From the NCBI GenBank assembly GCA_964016885.1, contig OZ024742.1, positions 200,508,001-200,572,000 of the forward strand: a stretch of 64,000 nt of DNA. Direction: 5' to 3'. Below the pieces are notes generated by a model. The model saw only the letters and a program-made list of their open reading frames with translations. It did not search any database and was not told where the DNA came from. This stretch comes from Eledone cirrhosa (taxonomy: Eukaryota). Position 1 is the first letter of the stretch; the number at the start of each line of letters is the position of its first letter. Below are positions 17,505 through 31,853 of this stretch, piece after piece. The position numbers and the translations under genes were made by a program.

Positions 17505-17703
17505 AACGTGTAGGACCCCGACGGCTAAGCTCAAGCCGTTTCGACGGCTAATTCTGGACAGAATTAGTCCAGAATTAGCTATCGAAACGGCTTGAGCTCA
17601 GCCGTCGGGGTCCTACTCGTTCCTATTACCCACTCTACTACCCTAAGTATTGAATACTTTGGTGCGTTATGGTCCATCTGGTTCCTTACCACATTTCCTT
17701 CGT
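17501..17703 (+). mobile_element. Fold-back element with half-hammerhead (palindrome 17501-17625 plus tail)
   Basis: GAAACGGC-UUGAGCUCA-GCCGUC-GGGGUC on both strands; second inverted copy at 18139-18344. Confidence 0.7.
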
Positions 17704-17713
17704 TTTCTGTGTA

Positions 17714-17851
17714 TTACTGGTACTTTATTTTATTGGCCCCGTAAGGATGAACGGCAAAGTTAACCTCGGCAGGATTTGAACTCAGATCATAAAGTGCCGT
17801 AACTCTTTGCTGCAAAGCATGGCGTCGGACCGTCTACCGATACTGCCAATC
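17714..17851 (-). mobile_element. Nin-domain SINE
   Basis: ctggtactttattttattggcccc..ggatgaacggcaaagttaacctcggcaggatttgaactc..accgatactgccaa. Confidence 0.85.
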
Positions 17852-18005
17852 CAATATGTGTGTATGTGTAGGTATATCTATCTATCACTTTCTCAAGTGT
17901 TGCTATCACCTATCACTTATGTTCTGCTTATTTTCATTTTTTCTTTCTTATTGCTCGTATCGTTTCCTTGTGGGAAGAAATATTAATATATACACACACG
18001 CACAT

Positions 18006-18371
<366 letters not shown>

Positions 18372-18377
<6 letters not shown>

Positions 18378-19372
18378 AAATGTGTGTAATCCTTGGTACA
18401 GTTAGATATATTAAGACAGGGGGGAAGAAAAAATGGCTTCACTTGTGCTTTCAACAAATTTATTTTCTTCACAAAATCCAAAAAGAATTTTTTTCTCTTA
18501 AAAAAATTTATTTTATAAATTAAGTTAGGTCTTAGGAGTTCTTGGTTAACGTAGGAGGTATTGTTTCGTTTTTAGAACGACCTTTCACGCTGAGGTGCGC
18601 TTGTCAAACTGATGTGTATGTGGTGTGTTGTTCTATATATAGGGATTTAACATGTCTGTGGTGTGGTGGAGGGTTTTTTCTCCCCCTTTTTAATAAGTGT
18701 ATGGGTGTAGGTGTGTTGAAAAAGTGTTAATAGCAGTAATGAGTTGAGACGGTGAGTAGGGTTGGGTGGGGAGAAATGTAGCAAGTGCGGCCTGCCCCCG
18801 TCATTCTCGAAAAATTCCTTTATTCAGAGGATTCCTTTGTGTTGAGAATGGTCACAGGCAAATCGCACCTGCCAAGTTTGTAAACAATTATTTTTTTCTG
18901 AAGAATTTTTCTACGTCCATCCCAAAATTAGTCCTTTGTTCAACACACACATATGTGCGTATACACGTACATACACACACGGGCATATGTAGGAATATAT
19001 AGGCACACACCATCAATCACACACCCATGTACATATACATTCACATACATACACAAAAACATATAAAGACACATATAAAAACACATATACACATACGTAC
19101 ACACACGAATATGTACTCATACCTCCACATGGGTATATATATATATACATACATACATATAGATACATATACACACATAAAGATACATAACTAAATATAC
19201 ATATATACCCATACACGCACACATACACACACACACACACACACGTGTACATACACACAGACACACACACACATATACATATGTCCGTATATATACCTCC
19301 GTTCACACATACATGCATACACACACACACATACACACATACATATATATACATATATATAGAGAGAGAGGC

Positions 19373-19423
<51 letters not shown>

Positions 19424-19516
19424 CATATATACATACATATATGTACACATACACACATACAGACACATACACACATATACATACATATACACATATACAT
19501 ATATCTATATATATAT

Positions 19517-19553
<37 letters not shown>

Positions 19554-19664
19554 CACATACACATACACATACAAGTACATACATACACACATACATACAT
19601 ACACACATACATATACATACATACATATATATATATACATATATATACATACACACACATACAT

Positions 19665-19710
<46 letters not shown>

Positions 19711-19736
19711 ACACACAAGCACATAAAGACACATAT

Positions 19737-19813
<77 letters not shown>

Positions 19814-19957
19814 TATACATACATCTACATACATACATACATATACACATACAGAAACATACACATATGTACACACATATATACATATATGCACATACAT
19901 ACACACACACACATATATATAGATACATACATATACATACACACACATATAAACATA

Positions 19958-20023
<66 letters not shown>

Positions 20024-23000
20024 TACACAAACATACACATACATACATATATATATATATATACATATATATACACACATACACATATATATAATATATA
20101 CACACACACACATCCAAACATACACACATCCATACATACACATACACATACACACACCCACATACATATATACCCCCACGTACATACATCCATACATACC
20201 TACACACATATATGTGTGTGTCTCACCGTTCACTCAGATATTCATGTGTACACATAAGAAGAGGGTGGGGGGGGGGGTAGTGAAATGGAATTTTACCTCC
20301 GAGTGTTAATTCATTTTTTCGTGTTCAGTAGTGGTTTAAATTTTTCAATGAAGAATTCTTCTTTATATCTGCGGAAATGTTCGTTATCCGACCATATCTT
20401 GAAGAAAGGGAAGATTGTGAATTTTCCCTTCCCGCATGATGCAAAGTGTGCGCTACATGTGGTATTTCTGACTGTGGGGTCTTTAATTTGTTGTTTATGT
20501 TCCCGGACTCTATCATGTAATCCCGTCCGGTTTCCCCAATGTAATACTCTTTACACTGTGGACATGTTGCGCAATATATTAGGTTTTTCGTTTTGCAGTT
20601 CATGTTTGCATTGACCTTGAAATTATCATGGTTTTTGAAGGACAACTGTTTGCCCTCTTCGATGAGTTCACAGGTTCCACATCTAGAGTCCCCGCATTTC
20701 GTCACTTGCATTGATTCCATGTTGGTCGTAAATTTTGCCTTGGTAATTGGTTTTTTACGGTTTGGTGCTTGGCGTCTGCTATAAATTATCTGTGTGTTTT
20801 TTAAGAGTGCATTCATTTTGGTAGATTGCTGTAGAATCGGGATATACTGCTTAGCAGTTTTCACAATGTTGATTTTCCCTGCGTTGTGAGTGATGACAAA
20901 AGAGATAGCAGGGTTTTCTTTTTTATGTTGTGGGTTTGGTTTTCTCAGTGTTGTTATTGGGATGTTCTTAGCCTTGGAGATGGCTGCGTTGATGAGTTTC
21001 ATCGGGTATTCTTGTTTTTTAAGGAATTTTTTCAGGTCACATAATCTTTTTTCTTGTAGTACGGGGTGTGTTGCTATAGTGCAGATGCGCCTTGCCATGT
21101 TGAAGGGAATGTTCCTTTTCGTATGTGAGGGGTGTGCTGACCAGAAATTTAAGTATTGGTGTGTGTCAGTGGGTTTGCAAAGTAGGTCCGTTATGATATT
21201 TTCCCCTTCTTTAATGATGAGGATATCTAGAAAGGGCAGTTCCTTTTCGTTACATTCCATAGTGAATTGTATAGCTTCATGAAGCCTGTTTAAGATCGAA
21301 TAAAATTTGTTGTAGGTCTGTTTGGCTTCTGTTCCAGAAGATGAAGCAGTCATCTAGGTAACGTTTCCAGTTTTTATTAATGTAGAAGGCGAAGTCGTGA
21401 CTAAATGTTATCTGTAGTTGGGAATATAATTTTGCCTCTAAGTGACCCATAACGAGCGTTGCATATGTAGGGGCCACTTTGGTACCCATGGCTGTTCCTT
21501 TTATTTGTAGATAAAGTTCGTTTTCAAAGAGGAAGTGGTTGTTTTCCAATACTAATTTAAGTCCTTCCAAGATGAATTCTTTGGGGAATCTTTCTGAAAT
21601 GTGACTTGAGTGTTTTGTAATCCAGAAGTCCACAGCTTCAATCCCTAGGTCGTGTGGGATGTTAGTGTACAGGCTTATTACATCAAAACTGACTAGGATT
21701 GTATCCTGGTGTACTTTTTGGGGGATATAGTTAAGGAATTCCATATCATCTCTGATGTAGCTTGGAACTTTTTTACATAGGGGCTTGAGTATGATGTCTA
21801 ATAGGTTGCTAAGACGTTGTGTGCTTGAGGCTGGGCCAGCAATAATGGGGCGTAATTTTAAGTCTGTCGGTTTTGGTGCTTCGATGTATGATGTATTTTT
21901 CCCTTTTATGTTGTTTTGGATTTCTATGGATTTGTGAATTTTTGGTAATCCATAGAAATTGCTGGTTTTCATTTCGAAGTTGGTTAGGTAATCTACTTCT
22001 TTTGGTGTTAGGTTGTTTTGGTACTTTGTTGTTAGTTTGCCAATTTGGTTCCTCGATTTCCTTTCTTCGTTTTTAGTGATTTTCCTGTAGAAGTTTTCGT
22101 CATTCAAGTGTGCTAGAACCATATCTTTGTAGTGGTTTGTGTCCATGATGACGATTGTTCCACCTTTGTCCGCTTCTTTTATTATTATTGAGGAATCCCT
22201 TTGTAGCTTGTTCAATGCTAGTAGTTGGTCTGTAGGGAAGTTGCGTTTGTGTTTCGTCTCGGCCGTATTTGTACGTGCTGATCGGCGAAGGCAGGTTATG
22301 TATTCCTCCAGGTATTTATCTCTATTTAGCGGGGGTGTGAAGTTCTTTTTGTTTTTCACCAGTGATTCTTCCTCGTATTGTACACCCTGGAAGAATTCTC
22401 CTAAGCGTAATTTTCGACAGTATTCTTCTGTGTCTTTTATAACATCGGCTGTATCTGCTTTCGGGGTGGGAGTGAACTTCAGTTCATTTTCTAACAGTTG
22501 TATTTCTGGTTGTATTAATTTCTTGGCTGATATATTGATTATTTTTGGTTCGATTGGTTCTTTCTCGTCAGGTGCCACTTGAAAGGTGGTGCTTTTTTCT
22601 TTTTTTCTTTCATTTGGTGCGAGGCCCCTAGTCCTAAAAAATGGGTGCCATTTGGGATAGGGGTGTTTCTGTTGTGGTGAAACCTTTGGCCCGCCGGAAC
22701 TTCATGCCGGTAACTGGTTGGGCGATAGATTCTTGCGTGGTCGTTGCTGTATGGGGGTCTGGTTCTTCTGTTGTTTCGTTCAGTATTCATGTGTCTTTGA
22801 TTTTGTCTCCGGTAATTGTTCTTGGTGTTATGGCAGTGGTTGTATCTGGTTCTGGTGTTGAGTATTGGGTCTGTATGTAGTTGTGTGTTTGGGGTTACCC
22901 AATATCTGGTTGTTGTTGGTTTATTGTGTGTGGGTGCTTCATTTCTTGTGTTGTTGTATTTTCCTGAGTTCTGGGGTTTCCTATGGGTTTGTTTTCTGGG

Positions 23001-23793
23001 TTTTATTTGGTCTTTCCCATAGTTATCTTCATATTCTTGAAGCCATTGAGTTCTTGACTCCAAGATTTTCTTTGATTTTAACTCCTCTCTAGTTGTATCT
23101 GTCTGCCATAGGTTAAGGAGTTTTTCACGTACATTGCCGCTGCTTCTTTTGTTTATTTCCTCTTGGATGGTGGTGCCGCATTTTTCAAATTTCTCTTTGA
23201 ATTTTGTGTGTATGTACGTATATACGCACATATGTGTGTGTTGAACAAAGGACTAATTTTGGGATGGACGTAGAAAAATTCTTCAGAAAAAAATAATTGT
23301 TTACAAACTTGGCAGGTGCGATTTGCCTGTGACCATTCTCAATACAAAGGAATCCCCTGAATAAAGGAATTTTTCGAGAATGACCGGGGCAGGCCGCACT
23401 TGCTACATTTCTCCCCACCCAACCCTACTCACCGTCTCAACTCATTACTGCTATTAACACTTTTTCAACACACCTACACCCATACACTTATTAAAAAGGG
23501 GGAGAAAAAACCCTCCACCACACCACAGACATGTTAAATCCCTATATATAGAACAACACACCACATACACATCAGTTTGACAAGCGCACCTCAGCGTGAA
23601 AGGTCGTTCTAAAAACGAAACAATACCTCCCACGTTAACCAAGAACTCCTAAGACCTAACTTAATTTATAAAATAATTTTTTTTAAGAGAAAACATTTTT
23701 TTTTCTAATCCGGAAAAAAATTCTTTTTGGATTTTGTGAAGAAAATAAATTTGTTGAAAGCACAAGTGAAGCCATTTTTTCTTCCCCCCTGTC

Positions 23794-23797
<4 letters not shown>
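18372..23797 (-). mobile_element. Near full-length Neptune-like Penelope element with inverted 5' pLTR, frameshifted
   Basis: RT motifs YGLPKIHK, RPII, SFDVISLYTNIP, GTAMG, RYLDD; linker CGDSRCGTC; GIY-YIG NLIY..YYIGETG; ORF split at about 22560, 21310 and 20525; 23205-23797 is the reverse complement of about 18410-18980; in (TA)n. Confidence 0.95.
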
Positions 23798-23854
<57 letters not shown>

Positions 23855-24114
23855 TAAGAATAATGAGTTCTAAACTCAAGCAGTCCTTTACAATGAAATA
23901 GCTCAAAGAAAGAAGTATTTCTGAGCCGTGTAATACAAGTTAATATAAATTAATATATATGATAAAACACAAATACCAACATATAAGTGTTCGTATTGTA
24001 AATGACTCAGTTAGCTAGATTGAAAAATACTAATTATAATAATACAGTTTGCCTGTCTCGATTTAAAATAATAAATCAATAAAAACAAACGATATTGGCA
24101 AATGGCCGTGGTAC

Positions 24115-25866
24115 TTAGACAAATGCATCTTTTGTAATGGAGTATGATCTTTTGATGCTTTCGTGTTTCAAAACGAGTTTGATCATCCAATCATGTGATT
24201 CCCTTAGATATGTAGATAATCCAATTGTTGCAGTTTTCAACGCAATATCTAACTGGATTAACCCACGTCCTCCTTCTTTCCTAGGGAGATATATTCTATC
24301 TGTATCTGCCTTAGGGTGATACATTCTGTGCACGGTTAAGAATTTTCTAATTTTTGTATCAAGCCTACGGATCTTTGTGCTTGACCAGTTGATGTCATTG
24401 TAACTGTAGGTTACTACTGGTATGGCAAGCGTGTTTATGGCATCGATCCTATTCCTTGCATTCAATTCCGTTCTTAAGATTGCTCTTACTTTGCGGTAAC
24501 ATTCCTTCCTTATCCTTTCCCTAATTGTCGAGTGCTTGATTCCGTCTCCTTCACAAACATCTAGATATTTGTAAGTTTCCTCTTGATCAAGTTCTCTTAT
24601 CACATTCCCCCGATCAAGATTAATGTCTGAACTTTTCAGCAGCTTTCCTCTGGTGAACGTTGCTTTGGCGCATTTATCTAGTCCAAACTCCATTTTAATG
24701 TCATCACTGAACTGCTCCACAGTGGATAATAGCCCTTGCAATTGTTCATCATTTTTTACAAATAGTTTCAGGTCATCCATGTAGAACAAGTGATTAATGG
24801 TTTTGTCATAGACTTTATATCCATGTTTTGTTTCATTGAGCATTTTACTTAATGGTATACGTGCGATGCAGAATAAAAGCGGTGATAAAAAGTCACCCTG
24901 AAAAATTCCACAATTAATATTAACTTCTCCAGCTTCCAGTGATTTTTTTTCACTATTCAAATGGAGTGTCGTTTTCCATGTCTTCATACTGAATGACAGG
25001 AACCTCCTGACAACGGGGGATATTTTGAAAATCTCTAAACATTTTTCAATCCAACTGTGTGGCAAACTATCGAATGCTTTTTTATAATCTATCCAAGCAA
25101 TTGATAGATTTTTGTGTCTATTATGACAATCTTCCAGTATCATTTTGTTAAACAAAAGCTGATCCTTACAGCCATATGAGCCTCGTTTACACCCTTTCTG
25201 CTCATTGGGAAATAGGTCATTTGTTATCAGGTGGTCATATGTATATTCAGTTAGGACTGATGTTAACATTTTATACATTGTAGTCAAGCAAGTTATCGGT
25301 CTGTAATTTTTGGGATTGTTTGTCTCATCATTCTTCGGAAGCAGGAATGTAATGCCGTTAACTAGCCATGAGGGTATCTTTTCTGGCTCCTTAACTATTT
25401 CATTGTAAAGTTGGGCTAACAGCTCATGAGACTCTGTGAAGGCATTTATCCAAAAATTTGGTATTTTGCCTTTTTCTGGGGATTTCCATTTGCTGGTTTT
25501 TCTAAGAGCCAAACGTAACTGTTCAACTGTTATATTTTCCTATATTTGTTCCTCAAGGTGAGCTGTATCTTTCATTTGTCTGTCTACCCATGGGGCATGT
25601 ATATTATGAACTTTTTCTTCGGCCCAGATCTTTTCCCAGAACTCTTGCACTTCCTCCTTGGGTGGTATTGATTTAGCAGTTATTGTTGACTTGCCAATTT
25701 TTCTGTAGAAGTTTCTTTGGTTGTTTTTGAACATATTATTGTCCTTATAGAATCTAGATCGTTTTTCAAAGCGCCTTATACGAGCAGCTTTGGCCGACAC
25801 TTTTTTCTTGATTATTTCTATCAGCATGTCTATGTCACTTGTTGATTTTATACTGTATTTTCTTTT
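24115..25866 (-). mobile_element. R4/Dong-clade non-LTR retrotransposon RT fragment
   Basis: NYRPITCL, EQKGC..GCKDQL, WIDYKKAFDS, GIFQGD, HLFYMDDLK, GGRGL; in-frame stop at 25540; 5' junction at (TAA)n. Confidence 0.9.
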
Positions 25867-25945
25867 TATTATTATTATTATTATTATTATCTTTATTATT
25901 ATTATCATTATTATTGTTATTATTGTTATTTTGTCGTTGATCTAG

Positions 25946-25990
25946 GATGCCAAAAGCCAGGTAATGACAACGAGTGTATGGCTTAAACAT
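25946..25990 (+). CDS. nAChR alpha subunit, 45-nt exon (beta1-beta2 loop / loop D: DAKSQVMTTSVWLKH)
   Basis: ctag|GAT...CAT|gtaagt; 45 nt, phase 0/0; matches the conserved DEKNQxMTTNVWLKQ mini-exon of nAChR genes; not in the ORF track. Confidence 0.9.
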
Positions 25991-26959
25991 GTAAGTATAT
26001 GTTTTTTTCAATTATTTCTGTGTCTGTAAAATTGTTAATATTTCTTAGGGCTTTTCAACACTTAAAAACAAATTTCATATTTTAACAACAAATTGAATAA
26101 ATCCTCATAAATTTGTAACAATTAAGAGAAGTGTTAATAGATTTTAATAACAATTTAATAAGTCATAATACATTTTAATACCAAATTAATAAGTATAAAA
26201 TATTATTCATATGAAAATGAGAAAGCTTATCGTGCTAGAACAGCCGTTATAACAACAACTAAATGACAGCGATGGGCAAAAATGCCTCAGAAGACGGTGA
26301 TCAGCGGTCGGCAGAGAGACAATCCGCGAGGTGGGTAACAAGAAGATGAAAGAGGAGGAGTACAAGGAGAGGTGTGTTGGTGCATAGAATTGACTGGAAG
26401 AAGAAAATAAAGAAGGGTGATGTACAAGACAAGTTCACACACACGCAGCTTCACCCTCATCAGCTCTCAAACCAGCAAAATGGTTTCGCACGATTTAATT
26501 GAACAACGGTACTAAGTACTACCATATTTTAACAGTAGTTCAATACTAACACATTTTAACAGCCATTTAATTCGTACTAACATATTTTAGCAACAATAAA
26601 GATAAATGCCAATGATTAAATTAAATGAGTAACAGTAAATTATTTAAGTATCAACATATTTCACAATCATTTAAATATCAACATATTTAACAATCATTTA
26701 AATATCAAGGAGATACTGTAGTGTTTACATAGAAGAGTATATAGACATGCAAGTATGTAGGATTGATGCTGGAGTTGTGAAATCTTGCATGCATTAATTT
26801 CAACTCTTCTTATTAATAACTACATCGTTTCTTTCTTTGGACTATATAGAAAAATATACCTCATTTTGTTATTCCATGAGAGTATATTGGTCAGTCTATG
26901 AACTTTTCAGACGACCCTCATATGATAGTCTAAAGATATATAAACATATTGTTGATAAA

Positions 26960-27140
26960 TAGTTAGAAAAAAAAGGCTAAAACCAACCGGCAGGAGACCC
27001 AGGGGTAGACCCCGAGTGAGATGGTTAGATAACATCCATGAACTCGGTTGGTCTTGTTTGGAGTCCAGCCGGATTAGTTGGAAACGGTAGCTTCTGACAG
27101 GACCCACTGGAAGGAGTGTATGTTGACTCTGCCTCCACGA
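26960..27140 (+). mobile_element. RTE LINE 3' fragment
   Basis: KPTGRRPRGRPRVRWLDNI motif. Confidence 0.7.
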
Positions 27141-27900
27141 GCCAAGATTAAATTTGCATTTCATCCTTATGGAGCCGATGAAATCAGTAACACACAGGGA
27201 CCGATTTAATCGACAATCAGCTCCCCCAAATTGTTGGCCTTGTGTCTAAATCAGAAACCATTATTATCCAATCTTTGTGATGGTAGATTGACAGTATGCG
27301 TAGAGGGACAGCATGCTTTGAGATATTTAGTTACGACTTTCTACGTCCAAATTCCACCCAGAGCAACTTTGCCCTTTACCCTTCAGGAGTCGATGAAAAC
27401 ATTACAGTAAAGTAGTGAGGTCAACATAATCGATTTTCCTCTTCACCAAATTTGTGGACTTGTGCCTAAATTAGAACAAAGGTGGTGGATTGGCAGTATC
27501 GGAAGACTGTGTGACAAAATGCTTTGTGATATTTAGTTATAACTGCTTACATTCTGAGTTTACATTCCACCAATGTCAACTTTGCCTTTCATCCTTCGGG
27601 GGCCGGTGAAATAAAGTAATAGTTAAGATTTGGGATCGATGTAACCGACTTTGCCTTTCCCCCAATTTGCTGGCCATGTGCATATGTTAAGAACCATTAT
27701 TATCAAATTTCGGTATATTGGCAGTATCGGTAGAGGGTTGGACGCCATACTTTGCAGCATAGAGTTATGCACCTTTACAATCTGAGTTCAAATCCCGCCG
27801 AGGTTAACTTTGCCTTTCATCCTTACGGGGTCGACAAAATAAAGCACCAGTAATACATTGGAATAATTGCTGGCCTTGTGCCAAAAGTAGAAACAATTAT
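27140..27900 (+). mobile_element. Head-to-tail array of about four Nin-domain SINEs (more at 28150-28510)
   Basis: Four repeats of tttgcctttcatcctt..ggggtcgat..aaattgctggccttgtgc. Confidence 0.8.
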
Positions 27901-27958
27901 TATCAAATCTCTCCAGGTCTGCGCTTAAACTAATTAACATTCTCTGTTCTATTTTTAG

Positions 27959-28068
27959 GAATGGTACGACAAAAGACTATCATGGGATGCAAAAGAATTT
28001 GGTAATATTAAACACATTTATATTCCATCAGACGACTTGTGGAGACCCGATATTGTACTTTATAACAA
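27959..28068 (+). CDS. nAChR alpha subunit, 110-nt exon (loop A: EWYDKRLSWDAKEFGNIKHIYIPSDDLWRPDIVLYN)
   Basis: tttttag|GAA...AA|gtaagt; 110 nt; WxPDIVLYN motif; joins in frame to both neighbouring exons. Confidence 0.95.
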
Positions 28069-28664
28069 GTAAGTTGATTTCATTTGAAGAATTTTGCTGC
28101 CCCAGAAAAAATGGCATTGTCTTCTTTCTTTACATGTTTTTATAAGCGGGAGATTAGTAAAATTGTTATAGTATGTCGGATAGAATGCTTTGCAATATTC
28201 GTTTTAGCCCTCTGCATTCTGATTTGTAATGCCATCGAGGTCAACTTTGCTTTGTTTCATCTTTCTGGGGTCGATAATATAAAGTACCAGTTAAGTATTG
28301 ATATGGATATAATCGAATTTCCCCTTCCTCCAAATTGCTGGCTTTGTGCTTAAATTAGAAAAAGGGTGGCAAATTAGCAGTATAGGTAGGACGTCGGACA
28401 AATTGCTTTGCAGTATCCGATTTGGATCTCTGCGCCCTGATTTCTAACCCACTGCTTTTCATCCTTCTAGGCCCGATAAAATAATGTACTACTCCAGTAC
28501 TAGCATCGATTCTTTCTCTCTTCTCTTCTTTTTTGGAAAAAATCGACTGAGTTCCAACCTAGAGAAGGATGAGTTCCGCCACATTTTAATGCCGAAGAGA
28601 TTTATGCCAGGACGACATACCTACGACTCTATCAAGAATTAAGATCCCATGGAATGGCACAACG

Positions 28665-29230
28665 TTAACACAGCGTGATTCTGAATAAAGGCGTATATGA
28701 ACTCATATGCATATTAAATATATAAGCTTTACCGATAGTGTTGATTAGCAGTGACACTAACACAGCAGGAATCAGAATAAGGACATATATGAATGCATAT
28801 ACAATATGTTTACGTATAACCAATATATATTTAGTCTCGCTATTGGTATTCTAAGCTACCATCATGCTACAGTTACCTCAGTATCGGGTTAAGAACGGTG
28901 CATGTATGCATTACCCTGTCATTACAGTTCGGTAGGATTCGCTTACTTACTATCATATATTGAGACATGGGAGATAATATCTTATAAATTTAGTAAACAA
29001 ACTATTCGTAGTGAAGTCTTACTTACCAGTGATATTTCCCTAACATGAGTTAGCTGTGACATGATCTCAACTTAAAATACATTATGGGTTCATATACACC
29101 CTTATTCAGAATGATGCTGTATTAGTGATATCAATAATTAATACTAGACAGTGAAACTTGCATTGCATGTATAAAAGCGTTCAACAAATGTAAAAAAGCG
29201 TTCAACAAGAATAGTTTGTTTACAAAATTA
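28665..29230. repeat. Old inverted-repeat element; related sequence at 35430-35680
   Basis: 28665-28707 vs 29083-29127 imperfect inverted repeat; 28820-28900 matches 35595-35670 inverted. Confidence 0.5.
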
Positions 29231-29534
29231 TATGACTTTAGCGTCCTTGATATCTCTCTATCTGGGTTTAGATAATCATGTGCAGAAGAAGAAGAATCAT
29301 AGCTCTGAAATACATCTGTATATAATTGTTAGCCAGATACCAAGGTAGCTTTGATATGATCCTGTTTTTAACCCTTAAAATTGTGAACCACATTAAATCG
29401 ATAAAAGATATTTTTGAAAAGTACAAAAAAGCATTGTGGTTTGCATCACATTAAACAAATTGTTGTCTTTACTTTAATGTTTGATAAATGTATGTATGTA
29501 TGTATGTATGTATTTATGTATGTATGTATGTACG

Positions 29535-30011
29535 TCAGGTCACTCTCGAGTGCTACCGGTAACATATAACCCAGTACAACCTGTCTCATGGTCGTCGGCG
29601 ACTAAACCGGCAATCCCACCAAGCTTGCTTGGTGAGGAGGGTGATATTTGGACACCCTGCGGGATGAAATAAAAGACCCGGCAAAGGGTGGAGAAACACA
29701 GCAGTGTCAACGGCCATCCAAATAGTATTTTTTTTCTTTCACCTGGGAGTAAAAGGCCCCCAGTTGTTGACACAACACCTTTCTAAGAAAGGGAAACTCT
29801 AAAAATAACCTGCAGCTTCGGAAACATCTGATGATGTTGACCATTTCTCCGTTTTGGGTAGGGTTTTCCCCATTAAAAAAACCTTCAAAACACAGGCATT
29901 GCTTGTTCAAAATCTGGTACAGGTTCGTGTGGCTGGCCGTAGCCTAAAAGAGCACCATTTTCTGTAATCTGACAAGCGATTGCAATACTCTTAGCAGAGT
30001 TTGTAGCCATT
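29535..30011 (+). mobile_element. Bipartite RTE-derived element in (TATG)n
   Basis: Homologous to 15441-16040. Confidence 0.7.
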
Positions 30012-30174
30012 ATGTATGTATACATGCATGATGTATGCATGTATGTTTTAATGCATTCATTCATTCATTCATTCATTCTTTCTTTCTTTCTTTCTTTCCT
30101 TCCTCATGTATTCTCTTCTACTCCGTCTCCAGATTTCTCTCCTTCTAACACTCCTTTTTATGTCTTTCTTTCAG

Positions 30175-31231
30175 TGCAGATGGTGACTTTGTCATCACGA
30201 TGACAGCAACAAAAGCCACCGTATACCATACCGGCAAAATCTCCTGGGAACCTCCGGCAATCTATAAAACATACTGTCCAATAGACGTGGAATACTTCCC
30301 GTTCGACATACAGCAATGTGTAATGAGGTTTGGTTCTTGGACATACAGCGATCAGGAAGTTGATTTGGTTCACTTCTGTCACGAGCAAGGAACGAACACT
30401 ACGGATGGAAACATCATGAACTTCATGGGAGTTGATTTAAAAAGTTACCAGCAAAGTGTCGAATGGGACATTTTGGATGTCACTGCTGTTAGGGTCGCCA
30501 GACGTTATACTTGTTGTCCTGTAGCCTACATTGATATTAGATTTATTTTGTTGCTCAGACGGAAACCCTTATTTTATACTCTGAATCTAATAGCTCCCTG
30601 TGTTTCAATTTCGTTATTAACAGTTATGGTATTTTACCTGCCATCAGTCACTGGAGAGAAGATCACGTTGTCCATATCTGTGCTACTAGCACTTTCTGTG
30701 TTCTTTTTGCTTCTAGCTGATATAATTCCACCTACCTCACTTGTTATACCCCTAATCGGCAAGTACCTCATGTTTACCATGTTTATGGTGACAGCGTCTC
30801 TCTTTTTAACTGTATATGTTCTCAATATTAACTATCATAAACCAACCACGCACACCATGTCGAACTGGGTGCGTTATTACTTGCTGGAAAAACTCCCACC
30901 TTATATCTGGATGAAACGACCTGACATCAACGAAAAACCTCTCGCTGAAATTGGCCAAGTGGCCGTACGAACGATGAATGGGATGGAAGTTCGTGAACTA
31001 ACATTAGAGCCGAACACTTCATCTTTGCTTCGAAGCGACGTACATACGTACGAAAACATGCGGGACCGACATCCAACGGAAGAAATGGAACCATCGAGTT
31101 GTCATCAACATCAAGCCGTCGAAAATCCAGTTCATTATGGATCCACTAAAGATGTGAAAGTCGTCAAAGACATCATTGACAACATCAAATATATTGCTAA
31201 CCATATGAAGGAATCAAACGAAGATGAGCAA
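30175..31231 (+). CDS. nAChR alpha subunit, large exon (Cys-loop, loops B/C, M1-M3, cytoplasmic loop)
   Basis: ttcag|T GCA GAT GGT (N-ADG); Cys-loop CPIDVEYFPFDIQQC, GSWTY, loop C YTCC (alpha type), RRKPLFY, GEKITL cation-type M2; donor CAA|gtgagt. Confidence 0.97.
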
Positions 31232-31282
31232 GTGAGTTAGTTATTTACAGATGATTAATTATATATTGAATAATTATATTAC

Positions 31283-31580
31283 AGAGTACACTTTGTAAAT
31301 TGATAGTGCCGGTACCATGGTCAAATGTATCCAGTGCATACTGTAAATTGTTAGTGCTGGTGCTATAATAAAATGCATCTAGTATACTCTGTAAACTAGT
31401 AGTGCTGGTGCCTCGATAAAATGCATCCAGTACACCCTTTAAAGTAAGTGTACTGGTGTCATGATAAAATGTACTCGGCATATGCTGTAAAGTATTGGTG
31501 TTGGTACCACAATAAAATGTACCCAGTACATTCTGTAAAATTGTTGGCGTTCTGAAGGTTACCCAGCTGTTGAAATAGAA
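31283..31580 (+). repeat. About 48-bp degenerate tandem repeat (5-6 units) in the last nAChR intron
   Basis: Units like cagtacactctgtaaa..gtgctggtgcc..ataaaatgcatc; 16-aa periodicity in minus ORF 31245-31667. Confidence 0.75.
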
Positions 31581-31853
31581 CGTATGTACAAGACTAGGTA
31601 TCTTCGCTCCAGCTAACTTCGGAACATGATAACCCAGCCAACCTACGCCAGCATAGAAAGCTGACACAAAATACTGCTGCTACTGATGATATTACTGTTT
31701 TTATTAGCCCCAACCCCACCTAAACATCTCCCTCTATTATTAATGTATTATTGTTCTGTTTTAGTTCTCTAGACTCACTTATTGATATTTTAGTACTGTA
31801 TAATTATTTATAACATGTTTGATTATGATTTTTCTTTTTTTATATATTTTCAG

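Noticed and set aside
23575-23632. HHR-like string in the large PLE pLTR (UUGACAA-GCGC..GCGU-GAAA, U3-A8 type)
   Set aside because: No convincing stem I could be formed; left uncalled
26452-26492. Minus-strand GAAACCA..UGGUU..CUGAUGA (type II HHR order)
   Set aside because: Stems I and II do not pair
31283-31580. CRISPR-like array
   Set aside because: Degenerate tandem units without unique spacers, in a eukaryotic intron with no cas genes
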